Shown: positions 28,817 through 37,867 of the stretch, piece by piece
How the letters are laid out: every line of letters begins with the position of its first letter
Position numbering within the stretch: position 1 is the stretch's first letter
Virus record (IMG/VR): IMGVR_UViG_3300033074_000711
Coordinates: 64,001 to 128,000 of that record
Reading direction: 5' to 3' (one strand)
DNA length: 64,000 nucleotides
From: a virus
Taxonomy: Duplodnaviria > Caudoviricetes
Made by a program: the position numbers and the translations under genes
The notes under the pieces: model-generated
Database searches by the model: none
What the model saw: only the letters and a program-made list of their open reading frames with translations
What the model was told of the DNA's origin: nothing

Positions 28817-30727
28817 ATGCCACAAATATATGGACTCAATGACCCACAATTAAATACCATTACTCCACAATTAACAGATGTTATATTAATAGAAAATGCA
28901 TCAGAAACTGGTAAGTGTACGTTAGAATCGGTTAAACAAATTTTATTAAATGAAGATATTTATTATGATATAGGTGTAATGGGTACTGAAGGTGCTGGCG
29001 TTGGCGTAATACCAACTAGATATTTACCCTGGTACATTAGACCTATGGAAGGCACTGAAATAAAAGGTAGTGTTAATTATGGTAATTATAAATGTGTTAT
29101 TGATAATTCTATAATGGTGTGTATTACAGCGTTTGTGTATAAATTAGAACATAATGGTACTACATTAATAAATAAAATTACAATTAAAAATTTTAAAGAT
29201 TATAATTTTGATGAAAATTTAGCTATAGCAGATGGATTTGTATTACCAAGAGCATTTATAGATGGTGGTGAATTTAAAACTGCAATTTTAGTTGATAAAT
29301 ATAAATGGTCACTTACAAATGCAGTTGAAGGTGTAAGCGGAATAGCAAGTTCGATTAAAAACAGTAATCCAATATCAAGTTCGAGTGCTATGAAACGCTG
29401 GCGAACAGCTAATATTAGCAATGCAGTTGCTGGTAGTGGTATAGTCACTATCACAAGTACATCGCACGGATTCAAATCAAATAATACCGTCACTATTAGC
29501 GGTGTTGTTGGGATGACAGATATTAATGGTACTTTCGTAATTACGGTAATTGACACAAGTAGTTATTCAATCCCCGTTAGCACAGTACAAACATACATAA
29601 GTGGAGGAGTTGCAAAAGTTGCGAATTATCCCGGCTCGTTTTCTAATTGTATTTCCAACGGACAAACGCCTGCTGATATTTATGGCGGTGCTTATTCGGT
29701 AGCAAAATCAAGAGGAAATGACTTTTTTGTTACTCCTATATATGTTTGGCAAGCAATACAAATATTACAACAAGCACATGCTCAAGCTTCTACAAGTAGT
29801 ACTTATTGTGCTTGGTATGACGGAACGGGAGCTAAAAATTATCCAAAAGGGAATAACAACTATGGTGCTGATATAGATGACGGTACAATAACATTTTCTA
29901 ATTGTACTGATGATTATTGGAAGGCATTACCCGGAAATGAAGCCAAACAAAATGGGGGAGCAAGTAATTTAGCAAAGACTACGCATAATGGACAGGAATG
30001 CGGAATTAGTGGTGTGAATGGGAATCAATTTGATGTAGTAAGCGGGCTGACTTGTAAAACGACAACTTACACGATTGATTTGCTAACAGGTGATGGTTCA
30101 AAAGTAACAATTCATACAACAGCAAGCCACAATAGAAGCGTCAACGATTGGATTATGCTAACTAATCTTGGTGCAGAAATTACCGATAAGTTGTTTAAAG
30201 TTACGGATATAGTTGATAGTCAAACGCTAAAAGTAGCAAGTGCAGTAACAAGTTTCACAGATACAAGTGGAACGATGACGGCTGGGACATTTTATTTGTT
30301 AAAAGATACGTTCCAAGTCAAAAATCTTACAGGCGGGAATAGTTTAACAACAACAGATATGTTTAACTCTACATTTCTAAGTACTTATTGTGACATAGTT
30401 ACTCCCGATTTCGTAAATGAAGGTGCTTTTGCTCAAAAGCATGGAAATGGAGCAAACCAAGTGCTTGAATTTAGCACGAATAAAACGTCAAATGCTTACA
30501 AAAAAGCGAGTGCCTTAATGCCAAAAGCAAATGGTGTAAGTTCTTTGGGTACGAATCAATTTGGAATAGATTATTTTTATCAATATTTGCGTGACGAACT
30601 CGTCCCGATTGTTGCCGGTAGTTGGAATAACGGTTCCTATGCGGGCGTGTTCTATTTGACCTTGTCTTACAACCGTACAAACTCGATCAGTACTGTTTCG
30701 GGTCGCTCTTGCCTGTATGTAAATTAA
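28817..30727 (+). CDS. Fibre/adhesin with C-type-lectin (FGE-like/Mtd-like) fold; DGR-target-like
   Basis: VDKYKWS, TTHNG..CGISGVNGN, C-terminal VAGSWNNGSYAGVF...SGRSC. Confidence 0.8.
   Translation: MPQIYGLNDPQLNTITPQLTDVILIENASETGKCTLESVKQILLNEDIYYDIGVMGTEGAGVGVIPTRYLPWYIRPMEGTEIKGSVNYGNYKCVIDNSIMVCITAFVYKLEHNGTTLINKITIKNFKDYNFDENLAIADGFVLPRAFIDGGEFKTAILVDKYKWSLTNAVEGVSGIASSIKNSNPISSSSAMKRWRTANISNAVAGSGIVTITSTSHGFKSNNTVTISGVVGMTDINGTFVITVIDTSSYSIPVSTVQTYISGGVAKVANYPGSFSNCISNGQTPADIYGGAYSVAKSRGNDFFVTPIYVWQAIQILQQAHAQASTSSTYCAWYDGTGAKNYPKGNNNYGADIDDGTITFSNCTDDYWKALPGNEAKQNGGASNLAKTTHNGQECGISGVNGNQFDVVSGLTCKTTTYTIDLLTGDGSKVTIHTTASHNRSVNDWIMLTNLGAEITDKLFKVTDIVDSQTLKVASAVTSFTDTSGTMTAGTFYLLKDTFQVKNLTGGNSLTTTDMFNSTFLSTYCDIVTPDFVNEGAFAQKHGNGANQVLEFSTNKTSNAYKKASALMPKANGVSSLGTNQFGIDYFYQYLRDELVPIVAGSWNNGSYAGVFYLTLSYNRTNSISTVSGRSCLYVN
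30587..30720 (+). repeat. DGR variable-repeat-like segment (no template repeat in the window)
   Basis: About 49% GC over 30601-30720 (59/120); A-free framework codons; NNY codons at positions where Asn (AAY) would be expected. Confidence 0.7.
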
Positions 30728-30745
30728 TTAAATTAAAGGTGAAAA

Positions 30746-31138
30746 ATGTATTATTATAATATTAATGAAATAGTAAAAGATTTTACAACTTATTCAATAG
30801 TTGTAGACGAAGGAAATAGATTAATAAAATATTCTGATGGATATTATGGAACAGAAAAACCTATTAATATGGATAAACAATATTCAGAATGTCAAATAAT
30901 TGAAATACAATTTAATGATATTAAATCAATGCTCGATAATTGTAATCATATGAAAATGATTAATAATCAAATTGTTTTTGAGATTAGATTAAAATATTCT
31001 ATTGATGATGAAATGAAGTTAATTAAAAAAGCATTAATAAATCCATTAGACAAGGAATATTTGGAAATGCAAAAGTATATTGAAAATATTAAAAATATTT
31101 ATAATATAACAAAAAAAGATATGGGATTAATATTATAA
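30746..31138 (+). CDS. Fibre accessory/chaperone-like protein
   Basis: IRLKYSIDDEMKL motif, directly after the fibre gene. Confidence 0.55.
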   Translation: MYYYNINEIVKDFTTYSIVVDEGNRLIKYSDGYYGTEKPINMDKQYSECQIIEIQFNDIKSMLDNCNHMKMINNQIVFEIRLKYSIDDEMKLIKKALINPLDKEYLEMQKYIENIKNIYNITKKDMGLIL

Positions 31139-31155
31139 TAATGGAAAAATAAATT

Positions 31156-32934
31156 ATGGCAGATGTATTATTTCAAAATTTACCTTCACAATCAGTAGTA
31201 GCACCATCACATGAAGTATTGTTAGATAATGGTTCAGTAACAGGTAGAGCAACAGTTAGTAAATTAATAGATTTATTTAATAACTCTGGTAGCATTAATA
31301 CGTTAACATCATCTGGAAGTATTAATATTAAATCAAATTCAGATTCTTCTGGTGGTGGTGATATTAATTTTTTAGTTGGTAATAACGTATTAAATAATAA
31401 AATTAAAAGTAATGCTGGTGGTACACAAGGATTATTTGAAGTAATTGAAACTCATATAAGTAGTTCGTTTTTATCAGCATCAGCTAATTCTGTTGGAATT
31501 GGTGCAAAAGAAAATCAGCTATATCGTATTGATGACGCTGGTAAAACAGGACAATTAATTTGTGCCGATGATTGGGGCGAGCCAAAAGGGGGATACATGT
31601 TTGATGGAGTGAATGATTATATTAGTGTACCAAATAATTCTAACCTTAATTTTGGAATAGGTGATTTTAGTCTATCTTGGTGTGGGATCGTGAATAATCC
31701 TACTTCGGGATCCCAACACTTGGCTGGGAAAAGAGGTATTGGGTCTAATTGGTATAGAATAGTATTATATTCTACTTCGGGTAAACCAACATTAGAAGTA
31801 AACACAACTACAAGATTACAAGCAAATACAGTTTTGCAAGCTAATACTCTATATCATATAGTAGTTACAAGAATCAATGGAATTGCATACATATATATCA
31901 ATGGGAAACTTGATATTTCTGGTAGTCTGACATCTGATGTTAGCAATACTGATACATTTACGATCGGAGCTTATAGTTCATCAAATTATTTTAATGGAAA
32001 AACATTCTTTGCAAGAGTTTATAATAGAGGCTTATCCACTTCCGAAATTCTTAGTTTGTACAACAATGGATTGACAGGTCAAAATGTCTTACCGATTGCG
32101 GATGTAGGGGCGAATAATGATAACATGATAGGTAGTACATGGTTAGCTGTAGGGAATGTAAGCGAATTAGGGAGTGTTATAACATATTCACCCGATGGTA
32201 TTACGTTCACTTATATACGGAATTCATTCGCTATTAGTGGGAAAAACAAAAAAAAATATAAATTAACATATAGTATTGTTTCTAACACGCTTATCGGTAA
32301 TGGTGTCTTTTCATTAATGGGTAAAGCTTTAAGTGCTGGGAATAGTTTATATAACGGAAATAATTTACCACTTAATACTTCAATCGGATTTCATGCTATC
32401 GAATTTACGAGTGGAGACCAAAATACTTTAACTCAAGAAGGTTTTCAATTATCTGCAGGATATACATCAGGGAATCTTGTTGTAGATAGCATATCAATTA
32501 CCCAAATCGGTTGTGTAGCCGAATATCTTCCCGAAAATGCGGGTCGTATTGGTTGGATAGAAACTATGAATGGATTACATGGTAGTACAAGTGGTTCACC
32601 TATTTGTTTAACAGCAGAACAGAGTTCGCAAGTATATAAAGATTATAAATCAACTGTAACTGGAAATACAACATTAACATCTATTATTCCAAAAAGATAT
32701 ATATTAAAACAAATAATAATAGAAAATACAACTGCTAATACTTTTACATTAAATATAGGTAGTAGTACTTCAGGTGGAACTGACATTGTTAATGGAGCAT
32801 CAATTGTAAGCGGATTAACTACTATTACAATTAATAAAACATTTTCACTAACAGCAGACCAAACATTATATCTACAAAGTAGTAATTGGAACTCTAGTTC
32901 AAATAATTTTTATTTTATAATGGAAAAAATATAA
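31156..32934 (+). CDS. LamG/concanavalin-like domain fibre protein
   Basis: FDGVNDYISVP..LNFG..DFSL..W, HIVVTR, YINGKL, RVYNRGLS..EI. Confidence 0.85.
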   Translation: MADVLFQNLPSQSVVAPSHEVLLDNGSVTGRATVSKLIDLFNNSGSINTLTSSGSINIKSNSDSSGGGDINFLVGNNVLNNKIKSNAGGTQGLFEVIETHISSSFLSASANSVGIGAKENQLYRIDDAGKTGQLICADDWGEPKGGYMFDGVNDYISVPNNSNLNFGIGDFSLSWCGIVNNPTSGSQHLAGKRGIGSNWYRIVLYSTSGKPTLEVNTTTRLQANTVLQANTLYHIVVTRINGIAYIYINGKLDISGSLTSDVSNTDTFTIGAYSSSNYFNGKTFFARVYNRGLSTSEILSLYNNGLTGQNVLPIADVGANNDNMIGSTWLAVGNVSELGSVITYSPDGITFTYIRNSFAISGKNKKKYKLTYSIVSNTLIGNGVFSLMGKALSAGNSLYNGNNLPLNTSIGFHAIEFTSGDQNTLTQEGFQLSAGYTSGNLVVDSISITQIGCVAEYLPENAGRIGWIETMNGLHGSTSGSPICLTAEQSSQVYKDYKSTVTGNTTLTSIIPKRYILKQIIIENTTANTFTLNIGSSTSGGTDIVNGASIVSGLTTITINKTFSLTADQTLYLQSSNWNSSSNNFYFIMEKI

Positions 32935-32990
32935 TGGCAATTAGATACAATTGGTAGTAGAGATGAATATGTTAAATAAGGAGTATAAAA

Positions 32991-33254
32991 ATGCCAGCTA
33001 AAACAAAATCTCAAAGAAGATTAATGGGTATGGCTCTCGCTTATAAGAGAGGAGAATTAAAATCTGCTAGTGATGAAGTTAAAAAATTAGCAAGTAGTAT
33101 GAGTGAAAAAGATTTAGAAGATTTTGCAAGTACATCAGAAGATAATTTACCAGAAGAAGAACTTAAAGAATATTATAAAAAATTATTGAATAAAACAAAA
33201 AAGATTATAAATTTATTAGAGAGAAAAATAAATGGAAATTTCAAAAATTTGTAA
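32991..33254 (+). CDS. DUF3008-like small protein
   Basis: MPAKTKSQ..MGMALAYKRGE...SMSEKDLEDFAST. Confidence 0.75.
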   Translation: MPAKTKSQRRLMGMALAYKRGELKSASDEVKKLASSMSEKDLEDFASTSEDNLPEEELKEYYKKLLNKTKKIINLLERKINGNFKNL

Positions 33255-33462
33255 AGTAAAAGTGTTAGATAAAACTTCAACACACGTATTAGTAAAAGAA
33301 TTACGAAAAGACCCAGATGATATTTACATCTTCGATATAGTAATAAAAGATTCTAATGGAGATATAATCGAAACCTTAGCTACTGATAGATATGAATTAA
33401 CAACAAGTTCACCATTTAAATTAACAAAAACTGAATTAGGTAAATTAATTGGCAACGAATAG
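33232..33462 (+). CDS. Hypothetical protein
   Basis: ORF overlapping both neighbours. Confidence 0.55.
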   Translation: MEISKICKVKVLDKTSTHVLVKELRKDPDDIYIFDIVIKDSNGDIIETLATDRYELTTSSPFKLTKTELGKLIGNE

Positions 33463-33937
33463 TATTTTAGCAAATGATGATATTAATTCTAATGGGTATA
33501 TAACAGGTAAAAAATCTGGTGTATATGCTTACTTAAGTGCAAGTGCTGATACTGTAATTATTTCAGCAGGAACTTATTATCCAATAAGTGGTTCTTTTAT
33601 AAACACACCTATAAATAATTTTAGTTTAGTTGCAGACCCTGCTATAAAATATGATGGTGCTTTAACTCAATATTTTGAAATTGATTGACATGCTAGTTTA
33701 AGTGCTAATGTTAATGGCGCTACAGCAAGAGTAGGAATAAAAAAGAATGGTAATATTGTACCATCACCTATGAGTGCTTATTTAAAAACTGCAGGTGAAA
33801 TATATGCATTAAGTGGTACATGTATTACTGAATTAGCAATTAATGATAAAATTCAGTTGGTCGTTACTTCAGATGGTGATGGTGATATAATAAATTTTTT
33901 AAATTACACAGCAACAATAACGGAATTTTTTGATTAG
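33449..33937 (+). pseudogene. Beta-sandwich (C1q/BclA-like) virion protein interrupted by one in-frame TGA at 33686-33688
   Basis: Frame stays open 82 codons past the TGA: YFEID*HASLSANV...NDKIQLVV...TEFFD-TAG. Confidence 0.7.
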
Positions 33938-33941
33938 ATTT

Positions 33942-33951
33942 TATATTTATA
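33942..33951 (+). promoter_or_regulatory. Putative late promoter TATATTTATA
   Basis: Recurrent motif. Confidence 0.55.
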
Positions 33952-33982
33952 AAAAGTATAAAACTTATAATGGATTGATGAT

Positions 33983-34492
33983 ATGGCTAATGAATGTATA
34001 TTTCATAACGATTTTATGAAAACTGTTAACTCGGATATTAATATGTTAAAAGAAAATATAGAAGATATAAATAATAATTTTGATAAATTATTTAATCAAG
34101 TATCATCACTTGATAAAAAAATAGATAAATTTGGTAGTATAGATATAATAAACGGTGGTGGATTGAAAGTAAAAGTATCATTTAATGAAATAATACCAAA
34201 TTTATATAATGTCACAAAAGATTTAAGATTAATAGTTGAAAATAATCAAAATAAAATGTATAAATTATTTGATGATTATAAAATGACGCCAGATAAGTTA
34301 ATGGAAATGGCTGAAGAAAAGCTACCAGAGTTAATAATAAAAGCGGACGAAATTAGAAGTGAAAAAATAGATAAAAAAATAAACAAAAGTAATAAATTTT
34401 TTGAGTTTGTTTTAAATGGTGGTAAAATATTATTTTATGTTGTTGTTGGTTTTTATTTTATTTTACAAATTTTACAAAAAAAAGTTATCTAA
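33983..34492 (+). CDS. Coiled-coil protein with C-terminal TM helix (holin-like?)
   Basis: ILFYVVVGFYFILQIL at the C-terminus. Confidence 0.5.
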   Translation: MANECIFHNDFMKTVNSDINMLKENIEDINNNFDKLFNQVSSLDKKIDKFGSIDIINGGGLKVKVSFNEIIPNLYNVTKDLRLIVENNQNKMYKLFDDYKMTPDKLMEMAEEKLPELIIKADEIRSEKIDKKINKSNKFFEFVLNGGKILFYVVVGFYFILQILQKKVI

Positions 34493-34495
34493 CTA

Positions 34496-34524
34496 TTTAC
34501 TTTTAGAAAATTTTTTATTATATT
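34496..34524 (+). promoter_or_regulatory. Sigma70-like early promoter TTTACT-N17-TATATT
   Basis: Recurrent motif. Confidence 0.75.
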
Positions 34525-34565
34525 TACAAGTATAATTAAAAATTTTTAACAAGGAGTTATGAAAA

Positions 34566-35009
34566 ATGAAAGAGTTATATGAAAGTGACGAATTAAAAGA
34601 AATCGGTGAAAAAATTATTGCCAAAGAAAATTTAGATTTTGGTAATACAAGAATAGGTTATGTAATGGTTGAACCATATATTTCGAAAACAGTGTGCGGT
34701 AAATGCATTAGAAGTAATAATGAATTAAAATTATTTTCTAATAAAGATTATATCATAGAAATTTCTTTTGATATATGGAATAAATTAGAACCAGAACAAC
34801 AAGAATTATTAATGCTACACGAATTAATGCATATTTTAGTTGTTCAAGACAAAGAAGGTAATAATCTATATAAGATTAGACCCCATGATATAGAAGATTT
34901 TGAAAAAATAATTAAAAAATATGGCACTGACTGGATTAAAAAAATAAAACTATCTGTATCTAGTTTGTATGATTTAGACCCAAGTCAAGAAGATTTAATA
35001 AAAATTTAA
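34566..35009 (+). CDS. Putative phage metallopeptidase
   Basis: HELMH (HExxH), PHDIEDF..II.KYG. Confidence 0.85.
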   Translation: MKELYESDELKEIGEKIIAKENLDFGNTRIGYVMVEPYISKTVCGKCIRSNNELKLFSNKDYIIEISFDIWNKLEPEQQELLMLHELMHILVVQDKEGNNLYKIRPHDIEDFEKIIKKYGTDWIKKIKLSVSSLYDLDPSQEDLIKI

Positions 35010-35027
35010 AAATTTTTTAATTAACTA

Positions 35028-35056
35028 TTTACTTTTAGAAAAAAATGTATTATATT
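35028..35056 (+). promoter_or_regulatory. Sigma70-like early promoter TTTACT-N17-TATATT
   Basis: Recurrent motif. Confidence 0.75.
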
Positions 35057-35091
35057 TACAAAATCAATTTAATTAATTAATGGAGTTACAC

Positions 35092-35340
35092 ATGGCTACA
35101 AAAAAAGAAGTAAAAAAACAAGTTAAAGTTACAACAAAAAAATCTTCAAAAAAACCGCTAACACTTTCCGAGAGAGTTAGACGGGTTTACAAAAAGTATG
35201 GAGAAAAATGTAAATCAAATGATTTTCTAATCTCCAAAATGAAAGAAGATTTTGAAAGATTAGGGTCGGATAAAACTAGATTTAATGGCTCTGTAAAGAG
35301 AATATTAAATCGAATGTTAAAAAATGGTGACCTAAATTAA
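35092..35340 (+). CDS. Small basic protein, possibly DNA-binding
   Basis: GGAG RBS before MATKK; Lys-rich. Confidence 0.6.
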   Translation: MATKKEVKKQVKVTTKKSSKKPLTLSERVRRVYKKYGEKCKSNDFLISKMKEDFERLGSDKTRFNGSVKRILNRMLKNGDLN

Positions 35341-35362
35341 AATTGATAACTAAAATTAACGT

Positions 35363-35397
35363 GAGTGCCCAATTATTTGGGTACTCTATACTCTTTT
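35363..35397 (+). terminator. Hairpin/terminator
   Basis: Stem GAGTGCCCAA / TTGGGTACTC downstream of the stop at 35340. Confidence 0.55.
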
Positions 35398-35769
35398 ATG
35401 GAAAACAAAAATAAAACATTATACTGCAGTTGTGGGAATGAAGTAATTGTTCCAAATATGGATAAAATAATTGACGTTAAATGTTGGAGATGCACATGTA
35501 TTATGTCATTTCCAAAAGAAGATGAAATTCAATCAGTTGATAATAAAGATAAAAGATATAAAAAACCAAAAGATTGGATTTATTTAGATGAATTTATAGA
35601 TATGTTTGGTAATATTTATAAATTTGGAAAAAAAGTAGGAGAAAATGGTACACCCACAGACTTAACAAATATTAAAAAAAGAATAAAGCAAGCTAAAGAA
35701 GCTTCTTTAGTTAAAAAAGGAAAAGAAATAATTAAAATAAAAAAAGGAATAAAAAAACATGCGGAGTAG
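35398..35769 (+). CDS. Zinc-finger hypothetical protein
   Basis: CSCG...CWRC; KPKDW...EFIDMFGNIY..G. Confidence 0.65.
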   Translation: MENKNKTLYCSCGNEVIVPNMDKIIDVKCWRCTCIMSFPKEDEIQSVDNKDKRYKKPKDWIYLDEFIDMFGNIYKFGKKVGENGTPTDLTNIKKRIKQAKEASLVKKGKEIIKIKKGIKKHAE

Positions 35770-36082
35770 AACTATTTTGATAATGGTAGTTGATGAAGGT
35801 GTTGAAAGATTAATACCAATGAATTCTGCAGACCCTGCTGAAAAAATTAAAAATTGGTTAGACAAAAATTTTGGTTCTGATGATGAATTAAAAAGAACAT
35901 CATGGGCTAAAATAAAATGTATTAAAGAATTATTAAATGGCAGGATGATGATAGAAACTCTTAAAAATTTCTATATGATTCATGGTGTTGATGTTTTATT
36001 TTATTGGGATGAATCACATCAATTATGGCATATTAAAAGTTTAAAAAATGTTTTAGTTGATGCTGGTGTAAAGTTTGATTAA
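35759..36082 (+). CDS. Hypothetical protein
   Basis: ORF with AGGA RBS. Confidence 0.6.
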   Translation: MRSRTILIMVVDEGVERLIPMNSADPAEKIKNWLDKNFGSDDELKRTSWAKIKCIKELLNGRMMIETLKNFYMIHGVDVLFYWDESHQLWHIKSLKNVLVDAGVKFD

Positions 36083-36488
36083 TATTTTATATTTATGTGA
36101 TTCACATGAATCTAGAAAAAATGGTTTAAAGTTAATTAAAATTTTAGATGAAAATTCTGGAATTTTATTTACATTTCCAAGTGAATTAAAATATACCTTT
36201 ACTAATAAAGATATACCATATGGTATATGTGCAATATTTTTTGATAAAAATTATAATATTGTTAATAAACAATTAGTAAAACCATTTCAATTAAAATTTA
36301 ATTCACCATCAAATTTTAAATATGTTATTGAGTGTCATGAAAATTTATATAATAATATAAATAATGATGACACTTTATTTAATATTATTGATAACAAATA
36401 TAAAAACATATTAGAACACAAAATTTATACAAAAAAAGATAAAACAGAAACAAAATTAACAAATCTTTTATCAGGTATGAAATGGTAA
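36075..36488 (+). CDS. DUF192-like protein
   Basis: SRKNGL...GILFTF...FTNKD...IFFD...KYVIE. Confidence 0.65.
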   Translation: MINILYLCDSHESRKNGLKLIKILDENSGILFTFPSELKYTFTNKDIPYGICAIFFDKNYNIVNKQLVKPFQLKFNSPSNFKYVIECHENLYNNINNDDTLFNIIDNKYKNILEHKIYTKKDKTETKLTNLLSGMKW

Positions 36489-36778
36489 CATTTATATTAG
36501 TAATATTAATTTTAATTCTTGTATATATTGTAATTATACAAGAATTAAAGATAAAAAAATTATTAAGTGTGTATGAAGATAGTATAGAATTTAAAGAAAG
36601 AATGGTGATAAAATTAAACACAGTTTTACAAAATATTAGAAGTGTTGATTTTAAAGGTTCTTTTGAAACAGATGATGAAATAAGTTTTATATGGATTTTT
36701 ATAAAAGAATCTATTAATGAAATTAAAAAATCTTTGGAAATTATTGAGAGACAAAATGCCAAGAAAAAAGACAACTAA
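36482..36778 (+). CDS. Membrane-anchored hypothetical protein
   Basis: N-terminal TM; D.KGSFETDDE. Confidence 0.65.
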   Translation: MVTFILVILILILVYIVIIQELKIKKLLSVYEDSIEFKERMVIKLNTVLQNIRSVDFKGSFETDDEISFIWIFIKESINEIKKSLEIIERQNAKKKDN

Positions 36779-37514
36779 TGTTTACTTTGATGAAAATACA
36801 GAAGCGGCTATAGATTTATATAACACTGCAACAAGTTACGAAGAAAAGCAGTATATTTATGAAAGTGAAATAAAAGTGCCGCTTGAAAAATTAGCAAAAA
36901 ATATAATAATGTCTTTTAGTTTTATGTATGTACCAGAAAATTATCAAACACAAAAAGATGATTTAATAAGTTATTTAATAAGTGAAGTTATACAAAATTG
37001 TAATTCTAGTAAAGGTAAATCGTTTTCATATCTTTCGGTAAGTGCTAAAAATTATATGATAAATGAAAATAATTATAATTATAATAAACGTAAAGTTGAA
37101 TTTAGCATTGATTGTAATAATGATAATGATAATGACGATAAAAATATAAATGTTTTTGAAATACCAGATACATCTAAAAACTTAGAATATAGAGAAGATT
37201 TAAATTTATTTATTGATTTGTTGGTAAAATGGTTGAAAAAAAATATAAATTTTATATTTAAAAGAAAAAGAAGTATTCAAGTTGCATATGCAATAATAAA
37301 TATTATAGAAAATAGAAATATTTCAATGGATACTTCCAATAAAAAAGAATTATATATTTTAATAAAAGAACAAGTTAAATGTTCATCTGTTGATATTAGT
37401 TTAGTTTTAAATATTTTTAGAAAAATTTATACTAAATTAGCAAAAGATTATGAACAATATGGTACATTAGATTTTAATAAGGTTTATTATAGGTATGGTC
37501 AATGGAAGGATTAA
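36756..37514 (+). CDS. Phage sigma factor for late transcription (gp55-like), putative
   Basis: MPRKK..YF.E.TE.AI..YN, KLAKNII, KGKSFSYLSVSAKNY (sigma region 2-like). Confidence 0.65.
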   Translation: MPRKKTTNVYFDENTEAAIDLYNTATSYEEKQYIYESEIKVPLEKLAKNIIMSFSFMYVPENYQTQKDDLISYLISEVIQNCNSSKGKSFSYLSVSAKNYMINENNYNYNKRKVEFSIDCNNDNDNDDKNINVFEIPDTSKNLEYREDLNLFIDLLVKWLKKNINFIFKRKRSIQVAYAIINIIENRNISMDTSNKKELYILIKEQVKCSSVDISLVLNIFRKIYTKLAKDYEQYGTLDFNKVYYRYGQWKD

Positions 37515-37867
37515 ATTCTAATAAAATTTTAATTAATGATGAAACTTTAGCTGAAATTTTATCAAAAAGCTACAATAGTGCTTTATCAAAAGATGAGCAG
37601 TTAAAAAGAATAATAGAATTATTAACAGAAAAATTAAATAATGATGCTGAAAACTCTATAGCATTAGCACCATTATTAAGAGAGTTTATGGAATTATCGA
37701 TAAAAAACGATGACCAATTAGTTAAAGTAGCATCAGTTTTACAAAGAACGTTAAATAGAACTTCTATTAAATCATTAAGTCAACCAACTAATAATATAGT
37801 TGCGTTATTTGGCGAAGAGGATAAAAAGAAAATTTTAGATAAAATAGGTAATAATTCTAATGTATAA
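37502..37867 (+). CDS. Conserved-looking hypothetical protein
   Basis: PLLREFMELSIKNDDQLVKVA. Confidence 0.6.
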   Translation: MEGLNSNKILINDETLAEILSKSYNSALSKDEQLKRIIELLTEKLNNDAENSIALAPLLREFMELSIKNDDQLVKVASVLQRTLNRTSIKSLSQPTNNIVALFGEEDKKKILDKIGNNSNV

